A stretch of 63,605 bases of DNA, counting the filler, from Phoronis australis (Eukaryota; Animalia; Phoronida), in NCBI GenBank assembly GCA_002633005.1. It is 12 parts of 12 records of this genome, joined end to end, with 100 filler letters (N's around TTAATTAATTAA, not from the genome) between each part and the next. Parts side by side here need not be neighbours in the genome. Positions count along the whole stretch, not along the records: positions 43,405 to 57,846 come from NMRA01000815.1; positions 57,947 to 61,465 come from NMRA01002972.1; positions 61,566 to 63,605 come from NMRA01001839.1; 9 more parts are not named here. The stretch is one strand, 5' to 3'. The position numbers and the translations under genes were made by a program. Positions 50,348 to 62,652 of the stretch are shown piece after piece. Within the stretch, counting starts at the first letter, position 1. The number at the start of each line of letters is the position of its first letter. Below the pieces are notes generated by a model. That model was not told where the DNA came from, did not search any database, and saw nothing but the letters and a program-made list of their open reading frames with translations.

Positions 50348-52564
50348 TTAACTCGTTTCGAGACGGTTTCCTTGTCTGGCCACTGGGGCTGAAGTATTGG
50401 GCATGGTCGGGATGTCAGTTCGGAGTTCGCGACCCATTACCAGCTCGGACGGTCTAAAACCAGTCGCTGAAACTGGTGTGGACCTATAGCTTAACAAAGC
50501 CATCGCGGGATCGTTCTGTTGCAATATTTTCTCAGCAATTGCAAAACCACTTTCCGCTTGACCATTAGCCTGTGGGTTGTGAGGGCTAACTCTGGTAAGA
50601 ACAATACCATGCTCTGCAGCTAAACGCCTCATTGCTTCAGAATCAAACGGGGGACGTATCCGATACGATTTTCTCTGGGATTCCAAAGCGCGCGAACATT
50701 GCTTTTTCTTCTGCAATTATTCGAGATGCTGTTGTGTCGGTCATACGAATTACCTCCAACCACTTGGAATAATAGTACATAATGACAAGATATTTCACTT
50801 TGTTTACCTCACATAAGTCAACGGCCAGTTTTTGCCATGGTCTATTAGGTGGTGGTGTAACGATTAGTGGCCCGTGTTTCTGTGTTGGTCGGTGTACTTG
50901 ACAACTCAAACTCACGAATAAGTCTCTGTATGTCGTCGTTAATGCCGGGCCAAAACACGGACATGTTTGCTCTTTCGCGGCATTTGTTAATTCCCATGTG
51001 TCCATCGTGAATGCGACTTTGAATATCTTTGCGCATAGTTTGTGGTATTAAACAATACGGGAACCCATCAGTAGTACACCATTGGCTACTGAAAGGCTGT
51101 GTCTCACAGCGCAGATGACGGAACTTGCTCCTTATAGGCTGGCCAACCATTCATGATCAATTCAATGGCTTGCTGGAGCTCGTCATTTTGCTCGGTTGCT
51201 ACTTGGATCTCAAATAGTTTCCTGTCAGACATCGGCTTGGCGTCGATTACAGCATTGACATGGAATGCCACCTCGATCGTGTTCAGGTGACTCAGTTTCT
51301 CTCACGGGCGCTCTGGATAAAGCATCTGCCACACTAACCATGAGTTTGCCAGGAACGTGCTCTGCTCGCAAATTGAAAGGCATCGGTCTTATAATAAGCC
51401 TCTGACAACGTAGCGGTACACAATCAATGTCACGCGTATTCAGCAGAGGGACAAGCGGTTTATGGTCGGTCATTAGACGGAATGACTTCAACCGTCCCTG
51501 TAAATATCGAAGGAATTTTTCGCAAACCCATGTGGCTGCCAAACACTCTGTTTCGGTTTGGGCATAGTTTCTTTCAGCTGGCGTTAATGTTCTCGAACAG
51601 AAAGCAATAGGGCGTAACTCGTCTCCACGCTGTTGCATGATAACACCGCCGATGCCATAGATACTAGCATCACAACTCACAACAGTGGATAAGGTTACAT
51701 CATAATACGCCAGTACTGGGCTATTGCTAATGAGTTCTTTAACTTCTTTGAAGATTTTTTTTTGGGCAACGCCCCAACGGAACTCAATCTCTTTACAAAG
51801 CAGTTCGTTCATAGGTGCCATTACAGTTGCGTCGAGATTTGGCAAATATCTTCCAAGATACTTCACCATATGCCTAGAACTCTGCGAAGTTCTGTCACGT
51901 CTGTAGACGGCTCAAGATCCATGATCGCACGTACTTTTGTCTCATCGGGACTCATTCCTGAAGTATCGAATTTATGCCCGAAGTCACCGTGAGTGAGCAC
52001 GACGCAATGCTAGAAGCCGTCATGAAGCGAATTGAAGAGTCCGGGTTGAAACTAAACCGAGCCAAGTGTTTGTTTCGTCATAGTTGATCAGTTGAGATAA
52101 CGGGTTGAATATGGCTCGTTCGTGTATAATAGTTCTTTTTGGGATGAAGTGGGCATCAAATTTTTCTATGACAATGTCAAATTTCTTAGCATCAGGATCA
52201 CTCAGGCCAAAAGTTTCGAAAACATCTTCAGCATAGGTCCCCATGATGCTGTAAATAAGCGTGGCTACTTGGACTTCCCCGTCGTCTTTGTTTAGTTTGG
52301 ATGCGCGGCGTGTCGATATCGCATGAAACGTTTACGCCACTCAGGCCACGAGGGTTTGTTACAGGGAAAAGCGTCTGGGGGACTAATTTTTGCCACTGTG
52401 ACTTGTATTCACCCACCCTTTATCAGTTTGACACACACAATTTGCAGATTTTTCGCCGCAAATTTTATCACGCCGTTGCCACCATGTTTTGTTGTTGAGC
52501 GCCGTCTGGCAGGTTTATTCAAAAACCCAAAATACTAAACAAGAAGCCATATACAACTACAACA
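50348..52564 (-). mobile_element. Degenerate Ty3/Gypsy LTR retrotransposon (gag start, RT C-terminus, RNase H, integrase)
   Basis: gag WPEWRKRFMRYR...AEDVFETF...KFDAHFIPKRTIIHERAIFN; RNase H VSCDASIYGIGGV...ERNYAQTETECLA...TDHKPL...VADALSR; integrase IHDGHMG...PWQKLAVD...FARFGIPEKIVSD...PQANGQAE; many frameshifts. PBS-like TGGTGGCAACGG (52473-52484) follows an LTR-like end ...AAAACA with upstream AATAAA. Confidence 0.93.
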
Positions 52565-52578
52565 CCAGCAGATGTTAT

Positions 52579-53359
52579 CATAGACTATAGTACATGGACC
52601 ACCAACTCCGTATACTTTCAATGGACGAAATCTGTGATCTTACGCATTTATAAGCCCTTACGTCGTGCACTGGCGACACCTGGTTAAATTTTCTGGTGCA
52701 ATTTCCGGCAAGTACATCGTCTGTTAATCATGGTCGGCTACTGTGTGGTCGGTTGTTCGGCCACACACCCGAAATGCAAAGGAATTAGCTTCCATACTAT
52801 CCGAAGGCCCCATAATCGGCTGCGGGAAGAAAAGCTTACTTCTTGTATCAACGTGAATGGCAGTTGTTTCATCAATAAGACTTTATACATTTGTTCAAGG
52901 CACTTCGAAGATGAATGTTTTTAAGAGGCTCTACTACTTAATGCTGTCCTCACAAATCCAATTTTCTTTTCTCCGTTTTGATGAAAACTATCTGGTAAAC
53001 TTTTTGACGAAAATTGTCCACTAAATTTCTTCCAAAGGTAGTGACTCATGAACTCCAGTCCTTACGAGGAACTAATCAGTCATAGTCTAGTGAGCGAATT
53101 AACCAAATTACTCTTCGCTAGCCCTGATCAGACGGTTGGTCTCAGCAGAATGCGCACATTTGGCCAGGATTTGGATCAGCGATTTCAACAAATGCACATT
53201 CGTGTACAAATAAATAGAACGCGGGTAAAACCTTTAACACAAATAAAGATTACATTAATACTTCACAAATAACCAACTGGACCAGTCAAACTCTATCTCT
53301 CAATTCAACAGCAGGTTAAACAATATATGCCGCACAAAATCTCTCGACTGTAGTCTATG
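52579..53359 (+). mobile_element. Putative non-autonomous P-element-like transposon carrying a THAP domain
   Basis: Inverted termini CATAGACTATAGT (52579) and ACTGTAGTCTATG (ending 53359) enclose a THAP frame. No TSD recognisable. Confidence 0.5.
52730..52953 (+). pseudogene. THAP zinc-finger domain remnant
   Basis: MVGYCVVGC...KGISFHTI...ICSRHFEDECF* followed in frame by LLLNAVLT (degenerate AVPT box). C2CH ligands present; conserved P and W absent; stop before the AVPT box. Confidence 0.8.
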
Positions 53360-55306
53360 AAAATGCAATCAACTTCTTTGAAAACATGGAACAGGAACAC
53401 CAGAGGGGTGTGAAGGTTGTTTTTATTCTTCAATGTTAAATTTTTGTAAGCGGACAAATGGTTTTTAAACTTCCGCCTTAAGTCCTAACATTTCCAAACT
53501 TAAGCATTTGAAACAAACGTTTATGAGGAAAACAAAAATTCTTCAACCAGTTTTGTAAAGTCTTATGCCATCTGTAGGGTACATAATGAGCCAGTCCCAC
53601 TCCTAATGTAACAAAAAGGTCCCGTGCATAAAGGATACTAAGTATTGCCCTTCTGAAATATTACCGTATTCGCCCTAACAAGCGGCCAGAGCGCTTAGAA
53701 AAGTCCGCTTCAGGAAGGGGGCGCTTATTATAGCCCAAAAGTGGTTGAAACCCGGTCTCCAAAACAGGTGAAATCGTAAGCTAGAATTCATCAAATTTAC
53801 GCTCTTTGACGAATCTGTAACCTATGACAGAGTTTCTACAAAACTGCAGTGCATTCATCAAACTTTGTTGTCAACTTACGAGCATTTTTCAGAAAATCCC
53901 ACTGCCAAAAATTGCCGTGAATCAGGTTTCAAGCTCCTCCGCTTGGTTTAACTATATATTAATAAACCGTTTATTTACTTCACCTCAATTTGAAATACTT
54001 GGTAAAATGAAGCCCATTCGAGTAAGCATCATGTGGGACCCAATGCCAACCCAATATATGATAGAACCCAACAAGCTCAAGTTGCAGTCAAATCAGGATG
54101 GGCATAAATAAGGAAATTTACTGTATCAACAGATTGGCCAAATAAGAATAAGATACAAAGTGTTGCTACAGTGCACACGTGCACGATACTTGGTCTATTA
54201 TTTCCCGCCGTAAATGCATGAACCAATAAGATCACCAATGGCGCAAAGTTTTCGAAAACATCTCGATTATTAGGGAGTCCTGTTACTGTTCTATTTATTT
54301 TCAAAACTTTTTTGTGTAACATTTAATTTATTTTCTGTTCAACTGAATGAAGCCACTTAATATTCAATGCATTCAACATAATTAATGCATTGTAAAAATC
54401 AGAAGTTATGCTCTATCAACGTTAGACAAAATCAGTACACCCCTTTCTTAAAAATGGGTTAAAAGTTAGAAACAAAGGACACACGTTTCCATCACTTGTA
54501 ACGTCGATTTTCAACATTGATGTTGGAAAGGAACATCAGTCTGGCGACAGCAACACGGAATCGTACGAAGAAGATGATTTTCAAAATTTGATTCGTTTTC
54601 GTTGTATGTCTTTTTTCCCTATTGTTCAGGGTTATTTCTGAATCCAGGAACAAGAACTAAAAGAGGCAGGGTTCGTGATAACGTTGGAGAATGGTAACAT
54701 TTGTTACAACTATCATCGATATTGTCATCTCCTCCGTTTTCATTCAACCTTCCCATATGAAAACTTGAATGAAGAGGACCTTCAGTACTTGAGTGAGCAT
54801 GGTATACTGTGTGATTTATGTTGAATTATTCAACGGTTCTTTTAAGAACCATTTCACGCTATAGTATAACTACAACCAACGGCCCTTTTAAGGGCCACTC
54901 AACACTTCCCAGAAGAACTGCTCACTTGAAAATGTTGATTTATAAACATGCTTTTGTAGTTTTCTCGGTAGGCCTATGTGAAACATAAATCAAAAACTGT
55001 CCGATAAATATGCTGTTATTGGGCAAGCAGACGACATAATCAGTCGGCACCGAAGTTTCAATTTTGTAGTTAATTACCAGTAGCATTGCCAAAAGTACTC
55101 ACAATACCAACACTTCTACTATTGAAAGACTTTGAAAAGCGTTTCAATAACGAAATTACTATTTTTTTCGTTGTTTTGGACAGTAAAGTAGATGCAAATA
55201 TTTCTCGTCAAAATACACTAACCGGAAACTGTACCAGAAAGGTCACGAGAGTTCAGCTAGCTCGTAAGAAAATGCCGGAGTTGCGAATCTGTTGTCTATA
55301 ATCTAT

Positions 55307-55662
55307 GATGTTATCAGGGGCAGCCTGCATGGTTTGTACAAACACACTAATGCGATTACATAAACCGACGATCGAGCCTCGATCGTCGGCAAAAGGGGGA
55401 TAGCGTTGGTTCTGTAATGACCTTATCTTGTTTACATTTTAGTTAATACCAGCATACGTTTAATGTGTCATCGTACAACAACAATATTGCAGATGTTATC
55501 AGGGGCAGCCTGGCTTGTCCAAACACACTAATGCGATATTACATAAACCGACGATCGAGGCTCGATCGTCGGTAAAAGGGGGATAGCGTTGGTTCTGTAA
55601 TGACCTTATCTTGTTTACATTTTAGTTAATACCAGCATACGTTTAATGTGTCATCGTACAAC
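55307..55662 (+). repeat. Tandem duplication (~172-bp unit, 185-bp period) overlapping the TLR start
   Basis: Copies 55307-55479 and 55492-55662; each has a 12-13-bp inverted repeat, an acceptor-like ttgtttacattttag and ATGTGTCATCGTACAAC. Confidence 0.95.
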
Positions 55663-57846
55663 GTTGCTACTGCTGCTGTGCTCCAAGCTTTCCGTTGGTC
55701 GCAAATTTTGCACTGAGAGGTGCAAAGCCTGCTTCACACAAACTAGTGAGAGAAAGTGCGCCAGTTTCTCAAAATTTGACGACCTTCTACAGAATGTTCC
55801 CGCCGACGTCACTGAACTCGTGATTGGAGCAAACGACGCAGATATTTGGATTCCGGGCTGGGATAAAAAACAAACATCGTATTTCTGCACGGAACAATCA
55901 CTCAGAGACAGATCCTTTGCAAAATTTCAACAGCTGCATTCATTGAAATTGAACTTATGTGGTGTGCTTCGCGCTAATGCGAACTTCTTGTCTGGTGTGG
56001 AAGGAGTACGGGAGATTCAACTGATTTTGAGAATGCACCATGTGAATTTTTACAACGTAAGCTGTTCAGAATTGTTTAGATCGATGGAAAATTTAAACTC
56101 GCTAACATTCATTTCTAGTTATTCAAGTACACTGGCCTGCGACGTCTCGGCGATTGTGAGCAACAAACCACACCTTACAAAACTTAAATTGGGAAGGAAT
56201 CTGAATGTTCGTAAACCAATTAAACATGGCAAATTGCAAACACTGGATTTGTCAAATTCGAATTTATCTCCGCAGAAAATTCCGGATCCGTCATATTTGT
56301 TTAATTTGGAAGAAATTATTATGAAGTTCACAATTATCTCCAACTTTTCCATCGACAATCCGTTTGCTGTAAAGCACATACGACTCTTCATGGGTCTAAG
56401 GACAGAACCAGTAATAAAGAAACGCGAATTCGACAACTACGCTTCCCTGGACTCCATTGAAATAGTCTACGAATATAAAGAGCCATTTAAAGTAGAATAC
56501 GGTTGCTTTGATGTGTTGTCGCGTCACAATGTAACGCTGCGTAAACTAGAGATCGCTTATAGTGCGCAAGGTTCTCCACATACACGTAGAAGGCCACTCT
56601 TTCCTGCTACTTTAAAAAGACTTTTGGCAAGTTTGTCAGAATGTAATGTGAACACACTTACATTAACATATGATGTAATCTACCTCAAGGATACTGAGAC
56701 TTCCAGTCTTCGGAGGTCTTTCAACCTTACGTCTCTGCGCCAACTGAACCTCAGTTTCCACTTGATGATGGTTGCCCCAGATCTCTTGTCGTCACCTCAT
56801 CTGGAGTCAATAACTCTTCAATTTTGTGGCATCATCTTTATGCCTATTGATGCGTTTGAGCATTTGAAACACTTACGATATCTCGATCTATCTGGAAACA
56901 AGCTTACCAACCTAGAATATAGATCTTTGAATCTATTTGAGAGACTCCCAGCGTCTTTGGAAACTCTTATTATGAAAAGGGTTAGACCACTAAACGCGAA
57001 GGAGATGAAAGCGTGTAAGCTAAACGAAAGGCAACGTAGAAAAATACGGTGCGTAAAAAATTACCCACACCCTGGTAATAAAATTTACTTTCCTAATTTA
57101 AGACATCTTGATTTGTCTGAGACTGCCCTGAAGGACGCCTTTTATGTCATAGGTATTGAGTTTCCAGTCATAAGGCATCTAGTTCTTAAAAACACAGTCA
57201 TCTGCTCCACGTGCTTATTGCTCTATGTGAACCAAACACTAGAATCGCTCTCTGTCAGTGGAAGCCCTGTGATTTTAAAAAGAATATTACAAGTCTTAGA
57301 CAAGGTTTCTACTACTTTTACGACTCTTAAAAACGTTGACGTGAGCGAGAATTCACAGTACTTTCGTTGGGTCAACCGAAGCCGGCTTCGTTTTTTAGAA
57401 ATAATGCCTGCGATAGAAAAATTGAACGTTTCGTTCAATTCACTTTCGGAAATAGATAAGCAATCATTTGCAGCAATGCCAAACTTAACTGTTCTAGATT
57501 TGAGTCACAATAGTTTATCGTATATGAATGGTCGTGTATTTCAAAATTTGTCTGAGTTAAAATTCTTAAACATTTCGCAAAACAAATTTAAGTGTGATTG
57601 CGATTTACGGCCATTTCGAGATTACCTTAAGAAAGCTACTTTTTACATTGGACAAAATCCGTGTTTCTATCCTACATCTATGAAAAAACAATTTATTTCA
57701 AACTATAGCCTTCCTTTCTTCGCCTGTGACCATCATCTTGAGATGGTAATTGCACCGACTGTCGTCGGCATAGTTTTTCTTGCAATACTCATTCCTGCTC
57801 TTCTTATATATTATCGGCTCGATATAAAGTACTGGTGGTATTTAGG
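55646..57846 (+). CDS. Toll-like receptor-type LRR transmembrane protein, intronless, truncated before the expected TIR domain
   Basis: 733 uninterrupted codons; N-terminal hydrophobic signal; LRRs (LRYLDLSGNKL, LTVLDLSHNSL); LRRCT NKFKCDCDL...C...C; TM VIAPTVVGIVFLAILIPALLIYY; juxtamembrane RLDIKYWWYL typical of invertebrate TLRs. TIR domain not visible. Confidence 0.88.
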
Positions 57847-59616
57847 NNNNNNNNNNNNNNNNNNNNNNNNNNNNNNNNNNNNNNNNNNNNTTAATTAATT
57901 AANNNNNNNNNNNNNNNNNNNNNNNNNNNNNNNNNNNNNNNNNNNNAAAAAAAAAAAATTCCTTATCACAGACCACCACACATAAATAATGTGGATTTGG
58001 TTTGTGCTTAACAAATCACCAAATTTAATATGCAAAAGTAAATAAATTACCATGACCTAAATATTGTACCTAGGCAGGTCTCTATAAAGAGTTTGTGAAC
58101 TAATATGAACATCTACAGTAACATTTTGCTGCGAGTAACTTGACTTTGAAATCCAAACCCTAAAACTATGAAATTGGTCATCCCTTTAAATTAAAATAAA
58201 TTATCAATAAATAGTTTATAGTTACTGAACTCATAAGTTGAAGCGATTGTTTGCACACAACTGTAATAAGACCTTCAGACAAACATCTTAAAAACTGGCG
58301 AGTGTTGCATTCGTCAAGCAATATTATTTCTTCTGAAGAAATAATCCAAGTCATGCAATGCAAGTTTTCCAGGCAAGCATGGATCTCAGAGCCAACATTT
58401 CCCAAACTGTCTTCGGCGTATTTAATCTTAGTTTGAACGCTTCACCAGCTGAGGTGTGCAAACTACCTCTTGAACCACCATACCACAGTATTGCACTCTT
58501 AACCAATACATCATTTAATACGTAGATGGAGTAAAGCTAAGTACCAAAAGGTATGCCAAAAGAAAGTCTAGCAAAGTCGCAGTAGAGTAACAACTTACAC
58601 CACATGCATATATGGCATACAAAATCCTTTACAAAAATAGTTCCCAGAAAAATTCCCAGTGAAATTACATTGCAGTTACGCCAAGATCTTCAATTGGAAT
58701 AATCGACATTAAAACAACCCAAATTTGTGCTTCACTTAATGCCAATTCGTTAAAAGATCACAGTGACGCAGAGAGGCAGGCAATACTTCAGGGACTTACC
58801 CAAGCCTAATGCGATGACGGAAACGAACCGTTTACCGCAGTCGGTAGGATGCGCCATGGAGCACAAACGACAACCGTTAAATTAACATTTACCAAACTTC
58901 TGTTCGCCTCATGTCACATCAGTGAGTAGATACTGAATTAAAGAGGTCAAGGGAAGACAAAAATATCCAATAATGAAAGTAAACTCTAGGAAACAATGTT
59001 TTGTCCGATTACTTACTGTATACAGTATATGCCAAATACATTCAGACAAAATGACGCGGGATTCCCAGTCATGATAGCTGGATGGAGGCTAAACTCAACG
59101 TCAGAATAGCCTTCTCTGAAGACGAAGAATGAAGGAGAGTAAATGGGAGAGTTGGAAATGTGGCTAAATCATTCTGTAATTAGAATTTTGCCACTAAAAT
59201 AGTCAATAGCTGCCATTTTTACTCCCGTAATGATGGGAAACAGTATTTTGTCTGACTGTTTACTTTTGTCCAGTATTGATGACAGCTTGCACCAGCAACT
59301 TTGTTCAAAACACACTATCTCTAGCAACTGGCCGTCACTTGAAAACTGAGTGGGGAAAAAGAATGGACTCTTCAAGACATTGAGAATAATTATTAATACA
59401 ACTGACATATCCCAATGTTCAAGGCCATAAAAAATTACTGTAAATGAATTGAGGTAAGGGCTTGGAATTTGAAATGACAAAAAAGAGGAAAAATTTCCAG
59501 GTGTATTATCACTCCACAAATTAATAGGCTTGTGAGATAGAAATATTTTTGTGATGTAAAATTTTACTGAATCGTTCTCGCATGGATTAAGTCAAAATAA
59601 TGATGAAAAAAGACAA

Positions 59617-59712
59617 AAAAGAGGAAACTGGAAATCAAAAAAGAGGAAACTAGAAATCAGAAAAGAGGAAATCGAAACCAAAAAAGAGAAAATCCTCTTA
59701 AAAGAGGAAAAT
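59617..59712 (+). repeat. Degenerate purine-rich tandem repeat (~21-bp unit aaaaagaggaaactggaaatc)
   Basis: About five copies of the AAAAGAGGAAA core; another copy at ~59481. Confidence 0.7.
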
Positions 59713-59846
59713 TCCCTGCCCTGTGAGGTTCAACTTCACTATACAAGACAAATCAACAAAACAAAGGGGTCTGCTATCACTAAAAGTATGCACAACCAAG
59801 AGTATGTAGTTAACAGAAAAAGAAAATCCTTTAAATTCAAGTGTTC

Positions 59847-60517
59847 TCATGACGAAAGCTGCTGTGAACTTGTCCGTTTCAACTGAACTTTCGCATCTTC
59901 GCTGCCAGAATGTTCAACTTTATCTGGGTTGATGCGGTTCTCCACAGCAACTGGCTGGTCCGTTTTGAGGCAGAAGTCTGGCTTGTTCGATGAAGGCGGT
60001 GACGGCATTTCTACCGAAGCGTCGACCGAGTTAAACTCTTGTTTGCTACTACCAGAATCCTTCAACGACGAATTAGGTGTCACTGAATCGGCATACAAAG
60101 GTTCACTGCTGCTCCGAGATCGCTGCTGATCTACAGGGGGCAATAGCTGAGGAAGGGGTGTGTCACCCTCGTGGTCTGACAAGAGCGACAACACAGGTGA
60201 GGTGTGCGGTATCAAAGTCTTGGGACTGCTGTGTGCACGTGGCTTCACATTCATCTCCTTAGAATCATCCACAGACGGATTCACAACCGACACAACATCA
60301 CTTTTATCAACACTTTCTCTTGTTGTGTGATTTTCTTTGTTAATTACACTATGTTTCGACACCATATCAGGTGTGCTGGTACTATCTGTATCATGACTGG
60401 CTCCTGGAATTTCTGAAGTATTCCCTGAATGTAATCTGTCTGCTGACACGTGACTTGCAGGACTAGAGGAAGCTTGTTCTTTAGTTGTGCGACGAGGACT
60501 GTGAACTCGAGCATAGC
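59847..60517 (-). CDS. Probable terminal exon encoding a Ser/Pro-rich disordered tail, gene unknown
   Basis: More than 220 open codons with protein-like composition (RSRSSSEPLY, LKRTSSQ); acceptor ttatattgtgccag| before 60517; TGA at 59847-59849. Confidence 0.65.
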
Positions 60518-61741
60518 CTGGCACAATATAAGATAATATTTCAGTTACACAATAGTGTTCACTACGTGACGCAACTATAGCCACATTTTTTTAATTAAGC
60601 TGAAGTTTGTATCGTTGAGCTGGCTGAAAACAAAAATTGAATTAAGTCTTTACCTCTGACTCATAAAATTGGTCTCCTAACATTCTTTACCATGACAGGA
60701 TTCTGTTTCTGTTACCAATAAGACCATTGAGACCATTAGTGATTCTAGAAAACCTTTCAGAGTTTATTGGGGTTGGACAACCACAGATTTGTGGACTCCA
60801 AAATGTCACATGGACACATTGCCTGTGACTTGAGTTGCTGGGTCATTCGGAAATAATTGAAAATTGGATGAGAGTGGTAATGTTTTAAACACCAAAGCGC
60901 TTCGGTTACAATTTCAACATTGACAGTTAAACAGGGAGGAAACACAGCTTAAAGTGGAACTTGCATGTTAATTCATTATTTCTGTGATTGCTTTGTCAAA
61001 TTAGTTAGAAAACACAACATATAGCGAGGATGTGAATATGAAGAAGGTTGAAAATTGCCAAATGTTTTAAGAACGACATTTGTGTTGAAAATGATGTGCC
61101 GTAAATCACTCAACAGTGTCCAGTAAGTATTGTGACATGGTGTTGGGGAATAACACTGCATGATGCCGGCTATGAGAGCACCCAAAGTACATGATTAGTG
61201 CAAAGGTCACCTATTTGCAGAATTTTTTGTTTTCACATTTACAAGTTGTCCACAATCCACATCTGCTCCAAACTTGCCGAACCAAACAATTCTTTGACAT
61301 GGAATCATGGTGGACTGTCAATGGAGCCAGCCAAATCTATACAACGTTCAATGAAATTTCAATTATAGTTTTTCCCTAAAATGATGAGTACACTCTGACC
61401 AGAATGTAGTATCACACAAGTGCCAATGAGGCATAAAACAAAAGCTAAATCGTGAACACAAGTCANNNNNNNNNNNNNNNNNNNNNNNNNNNNNNNNNNN
61501 NNNNNNNNNTTAATTAATTAANNNNNNNNNNNNNNNNNNNNNNNNNNNNNNNNNNNNNNNNNNNNTTAACCAATTAAAATTGGCACTAGGGGGCACACCG
61601 GTTGTTGAAACCATCCGAACATTCACTCATGTCGTCGTCCCACCCAAGATAGGAACATGTCTGCAGAGGTTTTGGAGATACAGCAGCGGGCGCCAGACAG
61701 ACGGATGGACGTAAGGACGGTCGGGGGATGACGGCATAATG

Positions 61742-61783
61742 CACACACACACGCGCACGCACACACACACACACACACACACA
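61742..61783 (+). repeat. (CA)n microsatellite in INF2 intron
   Basis: Interrupted CA run, next to a GACG/GACA-rich stretch (61695-61720). Confidence 0.9.
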
Positions 61784-61983
61784 AATATGTAGGTGTTTAA
61801 AAATGGGACACTCACTTCCAAACATAATTTCCATGTTTTGAAAAAGTATTCAAGCACGACAGTATTCCCATAGAATAGGTTAAAATTTGCGCGTTAAGTG
61901 AGAGGAAATGTTATTTTTCAAAATTATGTCACCGTGTACACCGGACAAAGTTAAATAATACTGACTAAAAAATCTTGAGCTAC

Positions 61984-62162
61984 CTTCTGGAAAACAGCGT
62001 TGAACAGGTCCTGAGGATTGTTTATATCAACTCCGCTAGGTAGCGCGGCTTCCAGAACTTGTTCGTCCTGCTCTTTGCCTTCATAAAACACGTCGATCTG
62101 GGTATTGAGGTCGTCGTCTGCTTGATCCTGACATGTTATGAGAATGTCCAATAAGTCGAGAC
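61984..62162 (-). CDS. INF2: Inverted formin-2, FH3/DID exon (third visible)
   Basis: gttttcag|...AAG|gtagct; encodes (G)LDLLDILITCQDQADDDLNTQIDVFYEGKEQDEQVLEAALPSGVDINNPQDLFNAVFQK. Confidence 0.88.
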
Positions 62163-62492
62163 CTGAAAACCGAATACACTAAAACTTATTTTTTCATCAG
62201 TTAACACACCAATGGCATACATTTTCGATGAAAATGAGTCTACAGGTATTTTAAAATAATTTTTTTAAAATTTTAAATGTACGAACTAATGTCAGAAAAG
62301 TTTCCGTTTTTTGCAACCTTTTCTGTGTAAATACAGAAAATGTTGCTAAAACTGTGAAAATTCTTAGTTTTTCAGCACGGCATTTAGGGAGGGACTGACA
62401 AGTAAAATATATCGCGCTAAATTGTTAAGTCGATAGCCTTTCAAACGGCCAACAAACGATTGCATTTAGTGGAAGCCATGACTGGTGCTTAC

Positions 62493-62652
62493 CGACCAGC
62501 TCGTTGCGTATCTTCACTCGGTCGTCCAACACCGTTTCTCCAGCAAGAATACAATTGATGAACGCCAACAGAGATACAGTATAACCCACTACTTCAGAGG
62601 ACTTCAACTCCATTATTATAAAGCTGAATCGGTATCTTTGCTTTTTAGTGAC
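62493..62652 (-). CDS. INF2: Inverted formin-2, DID exon (160 nt)
   Basis: cttgttccag|...G|gtaagc; encodes VTKKQRYRFSFIIMELKSSEVVGYTVSLLAFINCILAGETVLDDRVKIRNELV(G). Confidence 0.9.

Noticed and set aside
20035-57846. An immune or pigment gene cluster (VDE-like, lectin, TLR)
   Set aside because: The genes are on different fragments separated by artificial linkers; no linkage can be inferred.
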